Part shown: positions 1 through 13,946 of the stretch, piece after piece
How the letters are laid out: the number at the start of each line of letters is the position of its first letter
How positions within the stretch are numbered: position 1 is the stretch's first letter
Assembly (NCBI GenBank): GCA_040954595.2
Contig: CM082586.2
Coordinates: 1,115,630-1,179,629 of the forward strand
Length of the DNA: 64,000 nt
Reading direction: 5' to 3'
From: Balanoglossus misakiensis
Lineage: Eukaryota; Animalia; Hemichordata
Position numbers and translations under genes: made by a program
The notes under the pieces: generated by a model
The model's database searches: none
Told to the model about the DNA's origin: nothing
The model's input: the letters and a program-made list of their open reading frames with translations, nothing else

Positions 1-3000
1 GTACCGTAACTATAGTCAGTACGCTGTCTCCTGGGGCCTAGTGAAACAACACAGCTTAAGAGAGCATGATTAAACTAACAAGACTTCTCCGGAGAGATGG
101 TGAAACTGAAAATAAAAATTTTGCTACATTGAGTAGCTCAATACAGTGAGTGTTCAATATTTAAAGAACATAGACAGTGTTTCCTGTGTTTTATTGCCAT
201 TCAGTATTTATGTTAACACGCGACAATTTATCTGGCTCTTGTTGTGAGGTTTTTAAAATGCACTTTCCAAGGTGATAGATTTATACCCAAGGGCGGTTGC
301 GGAGCAGTCAGGCCATCAGGATCAGTGATGGAGAAAGTAATTCTTAGTGCGAAAGTGCCAAATTCGCTACAGTGGTCCCGTAAATCCATCTGGTTGAACT
401 TCATTCTTGAGTATCGTCTTTTGTTGGACTCTCAAAAGAGAGAGAGAGACGCGAGATGTGGATTGAATGCAGAAAGAAATCGTCAGAGCAAAACCTCCCC
501 AGGGCAGAACATTTGTATAAGCTTGTTGAGTGGGATTGTGACAGTGTTTTATTCGTCTGGCCAGGAGACTGAAAAAGAATTCCCTGGAGAGCATTGTCTC
601 GTCTGCTAGCTGCTACCTTCTGTTAGAGTGACTGCCTGACACTTTGGATGCATTTCAGAGATGTATCCTGGTGTTCCAGAAGAATAGCATCCATGTCCCA
701 TGTGGCATCTCAAGAATGCAGGAAAGCTGATCCTTTTTATAGTATAGTGTTGACAAATATTCAAGGAAACTGTACAATTGCAAAATGTTGATGAGAACAC
801 TCAGAAGCTGCAAATGGGCAAATATTGATAATATCGACATGAGATATACACTATTGAGTGATGGCTGGTCCCACTACACAGCGTGACTATAGTAACAGAT
901 ACATCAGACTATAATTAAAATTTATCACAGTTCCAACTCCTTTCTTGGAACTTTGGGTATTGGTTAGGTGTCTCAAACATTCTTGTGTCTCTACCCATGA
1001 TGCCCCATGTCACCTGCTAAGAGTGTGGTTTGCAAAGCATGTCTGTCACCTCGTCACTTGGGGAGAATTGGTCAGTGATGGATCAGGTGTGCATGCCTCT
1101 ATGGAAATATGATGAGGAAGACATTGGCTGATTTTAACATTGTCCTGACTGTACAACAACTTCTGGCAGTCATGCGAGAATTTGAAAACTTCAGAAATAA
1201 TTGCAAATCCTTGTATCATGCAATAAGTAATTAGTACACTGAAATCTGGCTAATCAACCCAGATCTCTGTTGGATTGGCAGGGATTAAAAAGATCTCAGA
1301 AGATCCAGGTATGATTGGTCTGGTTTTTGATGTGATATTAGCCCACTAGTACCAGTATACCAATTACAAAAAGCTCTTGTCGGCATGAGCTTCACGCAAA
1401 GGTTCATCTTTTCTGGCGGCACTTTGTCAGTAAATGTATCATTTCCGTGGCAACAACAAACAGATAAAAGCCGAAATTGTAATTTATTTAAGAACTGATT
1501 ACGGCGCAAGATGACAACAATGAACCATTGATCCTGAGATAATGAGAAATAAATCCGGCCGTGTAAGGAAACCTTATCTTGGGTTTGCTTTCAGTGAATG
1601 TTATAATGACAGTTTGAAAATGATGATCTTTGTGATGTACCGGAACCAAGTCTTACTGAATCATGCAAGCTGTGCCATCTGCTTTAGTGTATATATTTTA
1701 TTCATGTCAATTTGCCAATGTTTTGAGGCAAGGTCTGTTGGGTTTGCAGATTTAAGCTTTGCACCATCTGTACTGAGATTTGTAGAGAATGGAAAGTTCA
1801 TTCAACCTCTCATTTTTCACCACTTTTGATGATTAATTCATTTCTTTGGAATAGTTTGTCTCAAATAATAGGAAACAAGGGATTTACTATGTTTTCATGA
1901 AAACTTAACTATTAAGGTAATTACCGAATCAACCAGGGTTTGGCAGCCACCATGCATTTTCATGTCAAATTCTCGTCACTTAGAATTGCATATATCTACA
2001 GCACACACATCACACTGATTGTGATCGGTATCGCTGATAATCACTGCAAAGTACAAGATCGCTGATAATGACTACAGCCACTACAGGTAAACTAATGAGC
2101 TAAGTGAGGTAAATGAGTCATCAGAATGACTTTGGAACGTAAACAGGAAATGCAAACTCAATTTTCTTTGGCAATTCAGCAGTTGTGAATGACCTTGCCA
2201 AATCACACTCCCAAGATTGCCATCCCCTCGGGTCTCATGAACTGATATGACCCAGTGTGTGCTGATTGTTGTTTCACTGCTTATTGAGAGTATATGAAAA
2301 CATGCATATGTACAAAGAACATATGATGTTGTCGTAAACAACAGCTATACTGTGTTTCCAGCACATCATTGTACTGTTCGTTGACTGATTTGTATCCTGT
2401 CCAGTAGAGTTGCACCATCTGTAATACAGCCTCTCCATCGCACCTTATTACATCTGGAGCAACAGAGCTTCAGTTTTGTTGGGCAGAAACTTGTGAATAG
2501 AGTAGATTTGTTGTGTATGATTGAACTCTGCAAAGGATGCAGATCCACAATTAGATATCAGGAGGGATAATCCATCAATAGTACATGGATGTGATTGTGT
2601 CCACGTCTGTGTGCAATCTGGTGTCGCATTTGGCCACACAGTGCACTCGCTGGGAGTCATTAGATAATTGGGTTCAGCTGGTAGAGAAGTCCGCTAACAT
2701 AGTGTGTATAGACCTAATCAAGTCATGTCCGTTGATTTTCTAGTTCAAGTGCCCTGTGACAAAACACATATTATCACCAGATGCAGTGTCCAAGCATTGG
2801 GGGTTACACCGTCTGACTGAACATTGATTGTCAGTGTAAGACACCTAACTCTTGAGTCACACTACAAGGGTTTAAATGCACAGTAGTTACCTCTCACAAT
2901 TACCAGTCAACAAAATAACTTAAAATCTGATGGATCCAAATACTGGCAAGCCTCACAACTTTATAACTACCTTATAGTGCAAAATCTACACACACTGCGA

Positions 3001-5762
3001 CACATGATTTACAAGTTGTTGAGCACCTACAAAGCAATTCCATACATAAAGCTGTGAGAGTGCTCGGCATTTGCAGATGCAAAAGGCAGAGATCACGTTT
3101 TGACTTGCAGCACCTTGCGAAGGCTGACTGGTAAACGTCATTAATTGCTTGACGGTGTGTGGAATAATTAGAGTTTAATGATGAACCTCCTTGAAGCGCA
3201 ACCCGAAGGCCATGTGAAATATAATGCGGCCGACAGACTTTGAAGTGAAGTGTATTAGCCATTCAGGCAAGATAGAGGAGACTCCTGTTAATACCATCAG
3301 CTGCAGCTGATCTGGCTGCTTCAACTGAATAAACAGCAAAAATCTTATCATGGTGTATTCCCAAAGGAGATCTGAGTGGTGATCTTCAATGTACAGCATA
3401 CGCACGGACATTAAGGTGGATGTGCCTGTTGGATTTAGAGCTACCAATGCTCGTCAGCTTATCCACCAATGTAACTGCTCCAGTCAGTTCAAACAGTTAA
3501 CAAATCTGATCAGGTTTACAATTAAGTCAGTGAGATATCATGCGTAAGTTTACTGTCTGGCATTTGCAGAGTACTGGAATTTATTGACAAAATCAATACA
3601 TTTGGATGATGTACTGGTTTGGTTCAGGTTTTGCTATGTCAACTGATATTTTACAGATATATGACACCCGTTTTTTTTTCATTGGTTATTCATGTGGGCG
3701 GGTTACGTTATCCATAGAAATGTGAATGTGTTACATGTTGATAAATTAATTTTAAATGAAGGGATAATTATGACAAGATTAATCAGCTGTACCAGTAGAT
3801 TCAATTCCCTCCATATGTTTGGATGCACTTCAATGGCAAGACTGCTCATATGCACAGATGGTGCTAGTGCCTTCATTTAGTATATCACACAGACAAAACT
3901 GCACTTTATTCAGATGACCATGGCAACATGTATATTTTACTGTAACTCCAAACATTACAAGAAGAGTTTGGCAAATATTAAACCTTGAGTAGATATGTTT
4001 CCAGTGCATTCATGTAACTTGATGGAAAAGATGCTAAAGCAGTCAACTGAGACTCGTTATCCTAAATCAAATTGAAGGCACATCCATGTTGCCATTCCTC
4101 ATCATGCACACACTACAAAAGATCTTCTGTAAAATTGATCGGCGAATGTTTGCCTTGCGTGTTAAGTATTGAACAGTATGCTGAAAGTCTATATGCTTTG
4201 AAAAGGCACACCTTTGATGTTATTCTATAAGACTGTTAATAATTACTGTAATTTATACCAACACAATTCACATTTCCATCTGTCATTGAGTATATTGTAT
4301 GTTCTTCTGTGACATAAAATGCATCAGCTTGGGTGGGTCTGTGTAAAATTCAAACAGAGTTAAGTTATCTCACTAGAATTAATAAAAAAAATTGTATTTC
4401 ATGTTGCTTAAAAAAACAAGGTACAGTATCAGTTTAATTAAGTTTATTAAAAGCATACTGATGGTTAACATTTCAGGTACAATGAACCAGTGCACCATCC
4501 AATCACAGGTAGTACATGAGACAGTGGACAAACAGATAAAAACACTGAACCAAATGCAACACATCCAAATCATTTTTATGCTTTGATATTCTTAAAATGA
4601 ATAGATAGTGATGATATAATATCTGAACATTCAGTGTTCCAAAAAAATTCCTCTCAAAGAAAAAGGCATGGTTAAACAATATCTGATTCCTTAGGGCCAG
4701 TTGCATCGGTGCATTAATAGCAGTGGGCGACTTCTTACATTTAACTGGTGGGAGATATTGCCACGAAGAGGGAGCTTCTATAAATTACTCTTCGATTACT
4801 TAGTTTGAATGTCAACGAGAGCGTTAGATGGTACTTGTGTAAGAGATATCACAAGAGAGGCATGTCTGTGTGTTAGAGATGCACTTCTTATCTGTCCAGT
4901 GCCCCCAGCTATACTAACACATCAAAAGACGTTGGCATAAGATAGCATCTTGGCTTCACTGCAAAGAATTGAAGAGTGTTGGGTGCACTCTAAGTGCAGA
5001 GATGTCAGCAAAAGAAGAGATCTTTTATTCGTGATGACCTTTGTCATGATGGTGGATTCTATAATGCCTATTACAACATATAGTGTATCATACTTTTCAG
5101 TACTCCATATTAGCCAGCAATTGCCTCTAAATGAGTCGTTTTGTAAATTCCAAATTAAATTTCACTGTATTATACAAGTACATAATGAAGGCAGTTCCAT
5201 TCTCATCCATTATGTACAAATGTTTACTGCTTGTACGAGTATGCGAATGAAAACTACACACAAATTAATGTGGAAAAAACATGTCTGAAAATCAATAATA
5301 AAATACTAGAATTAGGCATTTATATTTGGTTAGGCATCAATCCCTTTTTGCTGGAAAAATACCGCTTCAATCCCATTACAGCTGGTAAGGTTGTTCTGTG
5401 GAGTGCTGGTGGGTCTTTTAATTACAGCATAACCCCATTGGCCTGATTTGTGTTTTTAGCTGACGGGAAGATTTAACGACAGAGTTTATTCAGATATGGT
5501 TACTCAGTAATATTACTTGTCCATGCGATTGGAGCTAGTGCCTCAGTATGAGACATGTTATCTTAACTCATCTCATATGATGATGTACAGAATTATGAAT
5601 GCTTCACACATTGTGGTGGACAGGATCGCAAACTCCCATACACACATTTCTGTTTAGTTCTTTGTACATCAGCCGTCTGTGTGTTTGATATACAGAGACC
5701 TTGAATTGTTAAAAATAGGAAAGGTTCATTTCCTTGTTGCTATTGCAGAGAGAAATAAAACA

Positions 5763-5956
5763 GTTACCATGGTGATAGTAATAAGTATAACCATGGTGAT
5801 GATTTTAAAATTATATGGCAATAAAATAAATATGAGTACAGCTTGTGATATCAAGAAAGAAATAAAGTACTTATCATGGTGATGCAGTTTATTACCATGA
5901 CGATGACATTTAAATTATTTTGTAATAAAGTAAGTATAACTTGTGATATCAAGACA
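5763..5956. repeat. Degenerate tandem duplication (~105-bp unit, 2 copies) in the syntrophin 5' intron
   Basis: accatggtgatgattttaaaattat...aataaa...cttgtgatatcaaga recurs as accatgacgatgacatttaaattat...aataaa...cttgtgatatcaaga. Confidence 0.6.
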
Positions 5957-8505
5957 ATTTTGTTAGCAGTGTTTAGCATGAGTGAATTTGAAGGTTGGGA
6001 TTAAAGTTGTCATGATATGTCAGCATGAATTTGTATATAAGTGGATTGATAGACACTTGGCCACAAATATGAATTTCCGCACCAACACTATGGAAACAGG
6101 AGATATGCTGTACATGTATGATGAATAATGTGACCATATATGTTTAAAATTGTCAAAAATATTAAACAATGTTTAATATTAAACTTAGTTGGTAGTACAT
6201 ACACAGGTGTACTTTAGAAAATACAAATGTGACAGTTGAATTTACAGTGACGAACATGGTGGATAAAAATCATTAGTTGCCACTGTGACTTTTGCTCCTC
6301 GAAATCTATACAACAAAAGTTCCATCCAAGTTTACAATTTGCCGTAGTAGCTAATGGTTATAGGTTTATATATTGGTTATGACACTGGTATATGGCTCAA
6401 TGAAGACCTGTTAGTCCAGTTCAGCCAGCAACATCAAATTTGTCACTGATCCATCTATCTGGATACAATTAGTCCTGACAGAGTGAACCTTGATTAGAGT
6501 GCACTCACTTGGAATTGTGACGCAGATGTGTTTTCATTGCAGTGTGTCTCACCTACTTTTACAGGAAATGAATGAATTGGTTCTGGTTCAGTTGGTTTTA
6601 GTCCAATTTCAGTCAAGGGATTTGGTGACACGCACAAGTGTGAAGAAATATTGGATGTGAAAGTCCCAAATGGTTCTTTCACGGATATTTCAATTCTTTT
6701 TGCTTTAATGGCAAAATTATGAGAGTGTGCTTCAGCAATGGCATTTTGGAAGGATCTGAATTAGACATAGGAAACGAAATCAGGGTGATAATCTCATTAT
6801 TTCAGAACTATAGAGAGACAAGTCATCCTAATAAGACTATCATTTTCAAAGTGAACTCAGAAATGTTATCCTATGACAATAACACTACAGATGATGTCTG
6901 CATCAGAAATAATGAAGTAAAGTCTCGTAGGCTCATATGTCAGATAATCCTGAGCATCTGTTCATATTTAAAGCTCACTGCCAAAGAGATCCGGCATCCT
7001 GTATTAGTTTTTAGCTTGGTTGTTTGCCGATGGTCTTATTGCTTGACGTATTTTGCGAATATATCGTCATAAATTTTAGAACTCGCACAATCCGAGGCTT
7101 TTACTTGTATGGAATAATTCATGGGTATGTCAAAAGGGACTGCTAATAAGACTGATTCTGAGAGAACTGGTCAAATTATCATGTGCGTAATATTCTCTGA
7201 GAATTTTGACATATGTCTGTGTGCGGTTCTCATAAATGCACTTCATGTGTTTGCCTGACAATGATTATAATAGACTTGGCAATTTTACCTTTGAACATAA
7301 AAAACAGTATCCATACCTTATATGTAAGTATTTTATAGAAACTGACAGCTTTATTCATCGGATCCATACTACCGATAATTATTAAGTCTGTGTCTCACCT
7401 GTCTGTAGATATTTGACAATATCTTGTCTACACGTGGCTGTGTACCCTATAGATTTTGGCTTAAAAACACAGTAAGAAAGGTTCTGGAAGGAGCATTTGG
7501 TAAACAGTGGAGCTTGTGCAACACTTTCAGCCATATAGGCATAACATTTGTTAGTCAATGGTTGACAGCTTATAGGTGAGAGTGTTGATGTGATATTAAT
7601 AATATTACGAGATGCCGTTTACAAAAGCATTAACATTACTGCAGCCACATGTTGTGACAATTGCACGAATCCACATCTACAAACTCTGTTCTGCATCTGC
7701 TCAATGCAATCCCCTTCAGGGGACGTTTAAGTTATAATGCGTCTACGATAAATGAGGAATTATGGTCCTCCCCCATTGTTTTTGTGATCTCATTTGCCAG
7801 CTTTTATATCGCAAGCAATTACTCTGCACTAAATAGAAATGTGAATGACGTATGTGTGCCAAGGACGTCATATAAACCCCAGTTTTCTCTTTGTTTTGCT
7901 AATTATGATTAAGAGTGCATGAAATGTCAAATTTTCAACTTGGCCTGCTCCGTGCAGGTCTTGACGTATGTACATTATCGTCATTTCAAGATGGTCTGGT
8001 GGTTTGCTGTTTTTGCAGTTTCAGTCAGTAATGTGAAAGAAAGGCTTTCACTCAGGTTATTCCAAGAACAGGATTGTTCAGTGTCCCATAAAACTCACGG
8101 GAAAAACTCAAGTGTGAGTGAATGATGCTCTCCATAGCTTATACACGTTATATACATATGCATTTGACGTCATCATATTATGTGCTTTTCAATTCAATTA
8201 AAAACCCGCTGGCTAATGTAATAAATCAGTTACAATTATTTCTTGATCTGGTGACACTTCAAGGTAGCTCTTAGCTTACAACAAAAATACTTCTGTAGTC
8301 ATAGCATTTTGAGCACTTTCATTCTAATTTTGTCCTGTAAACAATACCTTGTGAAGAAATCGTTATGAACGTTTCCATTTGCTGAAAGTCTTGTCCTGAA
8401 GTGAGCATCACTGTAACTCATGCGGAAATACAATGAGAAACCATTTTATTCATGCAGCCAGTGATTGAAAGATGTGTAATTCAATTCATTGTGGTTCATT
8501 TACAG

Positions 8506-11500
8506 GTGAAGACGGGTTATTTTTCTGTGAGTGACGGAAAACATGAGCCAGAGGCTGTGCGAATACAGTTATCCAGAGAAGCATTGATTCTTCAAAAAGA
8601 AGAATACGTTAGCGTGCCTGTGGTGAATCACACAGTAAGTCTAATGCCTCTTTTCAGGTTCATTGCGAGGATTTGCTGAAGATTGGGGGCAGACAGTCAG
8701 TCTCAAAAGACGTCAAGACTTTTATTCGGAAGTGGCCGATGGCAATTACAGCATTTATACAAAGTCTGATGCATTGGGATTGAAGTACTTGATGTATGGG
8801 GTGAAATCAGTGAATTGGCAATAGAAGGAAACAGACTTTTTATTTTCGTCATATTATTTTTTTTTTGTTCAACAGGCAAACTTCCCAGATGATGATGAAG
8901 AAATGACAAAGGTGAGAAATGATTTTTGTTTCACAAATAACAGAGAATTTGTCCGACAATAGCCGTCATCATGCTAGTCAGAGACTGAGTCTGCTTTCTG
9001 ATACACCGCCTCTAGTCAGTAAAAATGAACTACTGGAACGACGATTATGCCGGCAAATCTTTCCATGAATCTTTTTATCCGTCTTCTGGAAAGAGATTTA
9101 CCTGTCCACACCAGGTGTGGTCTCAGTAACAGTGTTTTGTTGATTTTTCAGGAGAGGGTAGTCACAATACGAAGACAGAGGATAGGCGGGTTAGGCCTTA
9201 GTATCAAGGTATGTTATGACATTAATCTTATCTAAGACTTTATTGTCCTGTTGATTTTTATGCTAATCTGCCAGGAAGAGGAAACATTAATTTCATTTCT
9301 TGGATTATTAAAGAGTTTGTTTGCAGAAATGGATTTCAAAGCTTCCCGCAGTTCCTCTGCTAGGTTAAACATTTGTGCCACCCCAATGGGACTTGCTGTT
9401 GTTTTGTTAAAACTGAATACAGCCTCAGAGATTACGACAGAAATCAGCTTTGCATACATGATTTGTTACAGTATAATCCTGCTAGTGCATAGACTCAGTT
9501 CACTGACCGGCTGTTCAATAAAAACCACAATATTTGAGGGGTTTGACAGATATTAATATGCTATCTATTTCAGGGTGGTGCTGAACATGGAATTCCAATT
9601 TTAATATCTAGGATATTCAAAGACCAAGCAGGTAAGATAAAAGTATTTTACAATAAAAATCTCCAAGTAATTTATAGCATTGAATGCCAATGTTAGAGTG
9701 TCATCAGCAGAGCAATAAAGTGATTGTCCCAACCCTGACCCATTAAGAGCCATTTTTCTGAAATTAGCCAGTATTTCCCCCTCGAGATTCTGATCACTAC
9801 GAATTGACGACCTTCACTTGAAGATGGTAATTCATAGGGATTTTGAAAGCCATTATACATTTATTCCTTCTGACGGACACCAACACACGCCTACTAATGA
9901 TGTTCAGCGTACCACAATCTGCAGGTGTAGCAGGTGATAAAACGTTTTAATGGAAAGAAAAAATCAGAAACTCTGTCCAATTAGGAAAGCAGGCATTTCA
10001 AGAAACACAGAAGGGCGTCAAGCTCTAAATACCCTTTTCAGGAAAAAGAAGTCCCCTAAATGATATCATTGAGATGTCTATTGACTTGGTAAACATCGTC
10101 TAAGTAGAAAATCTTGTCAAGGAACTGACTAAATATGTAGATTGGATTTACATGTCAGGGTGGTGGGTTTTTTGCCATCATGGCTGGAAAAATGACGGAT
10201 GCATCGATTCCATCTTAAAAGCACTTTACAGACTTCATATGCTTAAAATTTAACGATTTCTGAAGTAGCAGTTATTACATTAAAGACAAGAATGTGTTAT
10301 GGCGGGGTTATAAGGGTGACTCACGTTGGGTGTCGCATGCATTTCAAGTGATCGGATTTTCATTGAAATGTGTTGTTTCTTTTCAGCTGATCAAACAGGC
10401 CAACTCTACGTTGGAGATGCAATATTAAAAGTGAGTCCATTATGCTTTGAATATTATATATGCGAATTCGTATCGTAGAATGTGATCTCAGTGGTCGCAT
10501 TGCCATAAACACCAAAGTTCCTAATCTAACACAGATAATGATGTGTTTAATATCAAAGCGAAACAAAGTATGGCATAAACTGATCAGTTGAACCTTCTGT
10601 ATTACTCTATGCTGTAGGTTAATGGTGTTGATATTGAAGACGCAACACATGATGATGCGGTGAGTCACCTTTACCAAGGCTTGGTTGACCTCAGTTGACC
10701 TTGTCTATACTAATACTGTATCAACAAATCAAAATAATGATACAAAGCTGTTGGCATATTCTGATGAGAGTTCTTTTGGAGACATACATTAAAGGAAGTT
10801 TTGATGCAGTTTTCTTTATTATTTGTGATAATTATGATATTTGGTTATTATTGGCCAGATGGTACAAGTAGTAGATAATGTGACATCTAACCAAGTGTGC
10901 CAATTTTGACTATTGCAGGTAGCTGCCTTGAAAAATGCCGGTTCTGAAGTCACGCTAACGGTTCGACACTTCAAAGCGGCCACTCCGTATCTCAGACAGA
11001 ATGGTAAGATGGTATTATGCAAAATGTCCTATGAGGGGTGAAGGGACCTTTGTAAAGACCTAGATTCACTAAGATTCAAGCGCAGTTCCTTATTCTGTTT
11101 AATTTTTTTTTCATCAGTGAAGAGGCCGCCAGGTGTCAGCCATGAGAACAGTAACGGCATAACTGAGTACAGTCATATGAATGGACCAGACTCTGATGGC
11201 AGCGAGGTCAGTCAATTTGCGTGCTTCTAGTTTGGCATTCTCAAAAATCAAACGAAATTTGCTTTTAGACTTAGAGGGCGTTGCATCTTTTGCAGGCAAC
11301 CAATGGTGCTGATGCTTTGACCGTTGAGGAATCACAAGTCTCTCCAAAACTTGAAAAGAGGTGGACAGATGTACTGATGGTGCCGTTACTCATGGCTAGA
11401 ATTAGTAGATATATGCCAGGTAGTGATAAAATTAGGTAAGAGTTGGTTATCATCAGTTATGCATGGTTATCTCTGGTTACAGAATATAACTTGTAAGTTG

Positions 11501-13946
11501 GACATTTTAGTGCATCAATGCAGAAGTACCATTCACTGATAGAGATGTTTTTTGTACCAGCAGGAATTTAGCGTTTGAAGTGATAGCAATGGACAGCACA
11601 TCATCTGGTGTGATACACTGCAACGATTCAGCGGAGCTAGTGGATTGGATAAAAGCAATATCAGCCAATGTGGCAACACTCAATGCACAATCCGTAAGTA
11701 TATGGCACATATGCCCCTGTAACACACCTGTAACAGTAGTCGGACAGACTTAAAATATTGAGCAATTGCCAGCTATATAACTTGTGGCTGAGACTCAGAA
11801 ATATGTGTTTTATTTTACAAAAAAATACCTTTCCTTTTCAGATGAAAATCACGAATAATTTACTGCCTCATACAGAACAGGTAAGGCATCTGCTATTGTC
11901 ATTTCATAATGAAACAACTGTCAACAAAATTTGTTAACACATTCGCCTGAATCTATGAGTGTGTTGGAATATAAAATATCTGTCAATGATTTTGCTGTTC
12001 ACCCTCTGTTCCTCCCCTCTTTTTAATGCCAAAACCCTCTTCTTTGTGTGTCTATGCCTGTAGAACAAGGTATGAAAATCCACTTTTGCAGAATCCTCCA
12101 TTTTCTTTTTCTATCTCTCTTCTCTTATTTTGTGTGATATGTACTGTACCAATTCTACACTCTGACACAGATTATGTCGAGTCTCTGGGATTTCTGTGTA
12201 TTAAACTTTGTTTGTCTCATGTCTGCAAACCATGCTCTCTACTATTATGATTGAAATACACGTATCTGTAATAACCATATGTTAGTGCCCATGGCCATAC
12301 AACAACTTTGAGGTCTCCAGGCAGTCTTCGGTGATTAGATTTGAAACACGCAATATATGTTTCTGTTTCAGGTGCTGCACATGGGTTGGTTGAGTGAGAG
12401 ACTGCCGGCTAGCAGGTCATGGCAACACTGGAAACCAAAGTTTTTAGCAATAAGAGGATCGGAGATTATGATCTTCGACAGCCCACCAGTAAGTCACTGG
12501 TTTCATTGAGATTCTCTGATCCAGCTTATGAGCAAAATATAATTTAGAGAACAAAACCAAGTATTTCTCTCTATTCTCCCTGTAATCTGTAAAGACAATG
12601 CCTCTATGATTTAAGGGGCACATATCCTTAATTTTATACTCATTCTAATGATGTAATTTTGTTCATTAGGTCAATACCAGAGACTGGGTTCGTTGCGAGA
12701 GAAATTACAAACTCTGTGAAGTACTATGCAGACTTTTTAAGGTGAGATGGCTTCGATTCTCTAAATAATTCATGTACCATTTAAGTGTGTCAAACAGTAT
12801 AATAGCTGTATGTCTGTTTGGAGAATATATTCCATCAGCCCAGCCATAAACCCTTCATATTTAGAACCAGCTATGCTGATTTTTGTCACATTTCAGGAGT
12901 CGGAGTTAGCAGACGAGAGACCCAATAGTTTTACTCTGCAGAGCGGCTCAGGGTCGACACATTACCTCAGTACAGAGACGAAAGGTGAACTGCATGTCTG
13001 GCTCAACGCGGTGCAGAAAGCTACCTTCACTGCAGTGGCTAAATTAGGGGTAAGTCATGATGAAGACTATGAATATGATGTTTCTCTTTATATACACAAT
13101 TTGTGCCCAAATATTGCAGTATATGTAATAATGTAGATATAGAATCAATAATCTGAAGAAACCACGAAAATTATTTTGAAATGTCGCAGGTTCGCGCTAC
13201 CGCACTGTTGCCATTGTAACTTTAAATATATTCAAACGCGCGAAATACATTCTCGTTCACAAATTCTTCCAGAGTAAAACGTACGGCTGCACGTGGAGGG
13301 GGAAAGTCGTAGGCTTGACGTTAGATTTCGGCAATGGTTTTACATTGTTTGATGCACAAAATAAGGTAAGCATGCCCTCACCTTTGTTGTCTTCATATCT
13401 CAATATGTGAAAGATTTGAATACATGTATATTGTTTAAAAAAATACAAACTATGTGTTATAAACAACTACATGTAACTTCAAAAATCTAATAAGATCAAC
13501 ACTGATTTTTGTGACTGTTGTATTCCAGCAAATAATTCTGTGGAAGTACAGGTTTTCACAGTTGAAAGGTTCATCTGATGATGGCAAAGCAAAGGTGAAA
13601 CTCCACTTCCAGAACTCATCGGCCAACCAAATTGAAACACAGGTAATATTAAACAATCATGTTGAAAAGTCAAGTACTGTATTTCATCTTAAGTGAATTC
13701 CCAAGACAAGAAACCAGACGTTTTTGTTGTTTTTTGTAAAATCTCTTTTTAATGATTTACCAACTAGTCCTTGCAAAATGACAACATGTGTTTCTTTTTA
13801 TTTTCTTTCAGGAGCTTGAATGTCCAAATCTTACAAAGTTACTGTACTGCATGCATGCCTTCCTCTCGGCAAAACTCGCTGCCGTAGATCCAGTGTTTAT
13901 GAAGAACACGGCACAGTTGGAAGTCCCTCCGGAAAATGTCCTATGA
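8506..13946 (+). CDS. SNTG1: Gamma-syntrophin (SNTG1/SNTG2-like), spliced; first coding exon not located
   Basis: 17 phase-consistent GT-AG exons: 8506-8634, 8876-8911, 9152-9208, 9574-9631, 10387-10430, 10618-10659, 10919-11003, 11118-11206, 11296-11435, 11564-11693, 11842-11880, 12372-12488, 12670-12741, 12897-13049, 13273-13365, 13529-13642, 13812-13946 (TGA). PDZ domain [56 protein letters not shown]; PH segment VLHMGWLSERL..WKPKFLAIRG; syntrophin-unique region ILWKYRFSQLKGSSDDGK..LLYCMHAFLSAK. Confidence 0.92.

Noticed and set aside
66-151. ATG-initiated segment MIKLTRLLRRDGETENKNFATLSSSI ending at a GTGAGT donor, as the syntrophin first exon
   Set aside because: It ends in phase 2 while exon 8506 begins in phase 0, and no bridging exon was found.
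244-8125. Numerous short ORFs in the first 8 kb
   Set aside because: No recognisable domains or consistent splice structure; treated as intron sequence.
12171-12254. Strong acceptor followed by a short open frame with a stop (alternative terminal exon of syntrophin)
   Set aside because: No good donor, no recognisable homology and no clear poly(A) signal; unsupported without transcripts.
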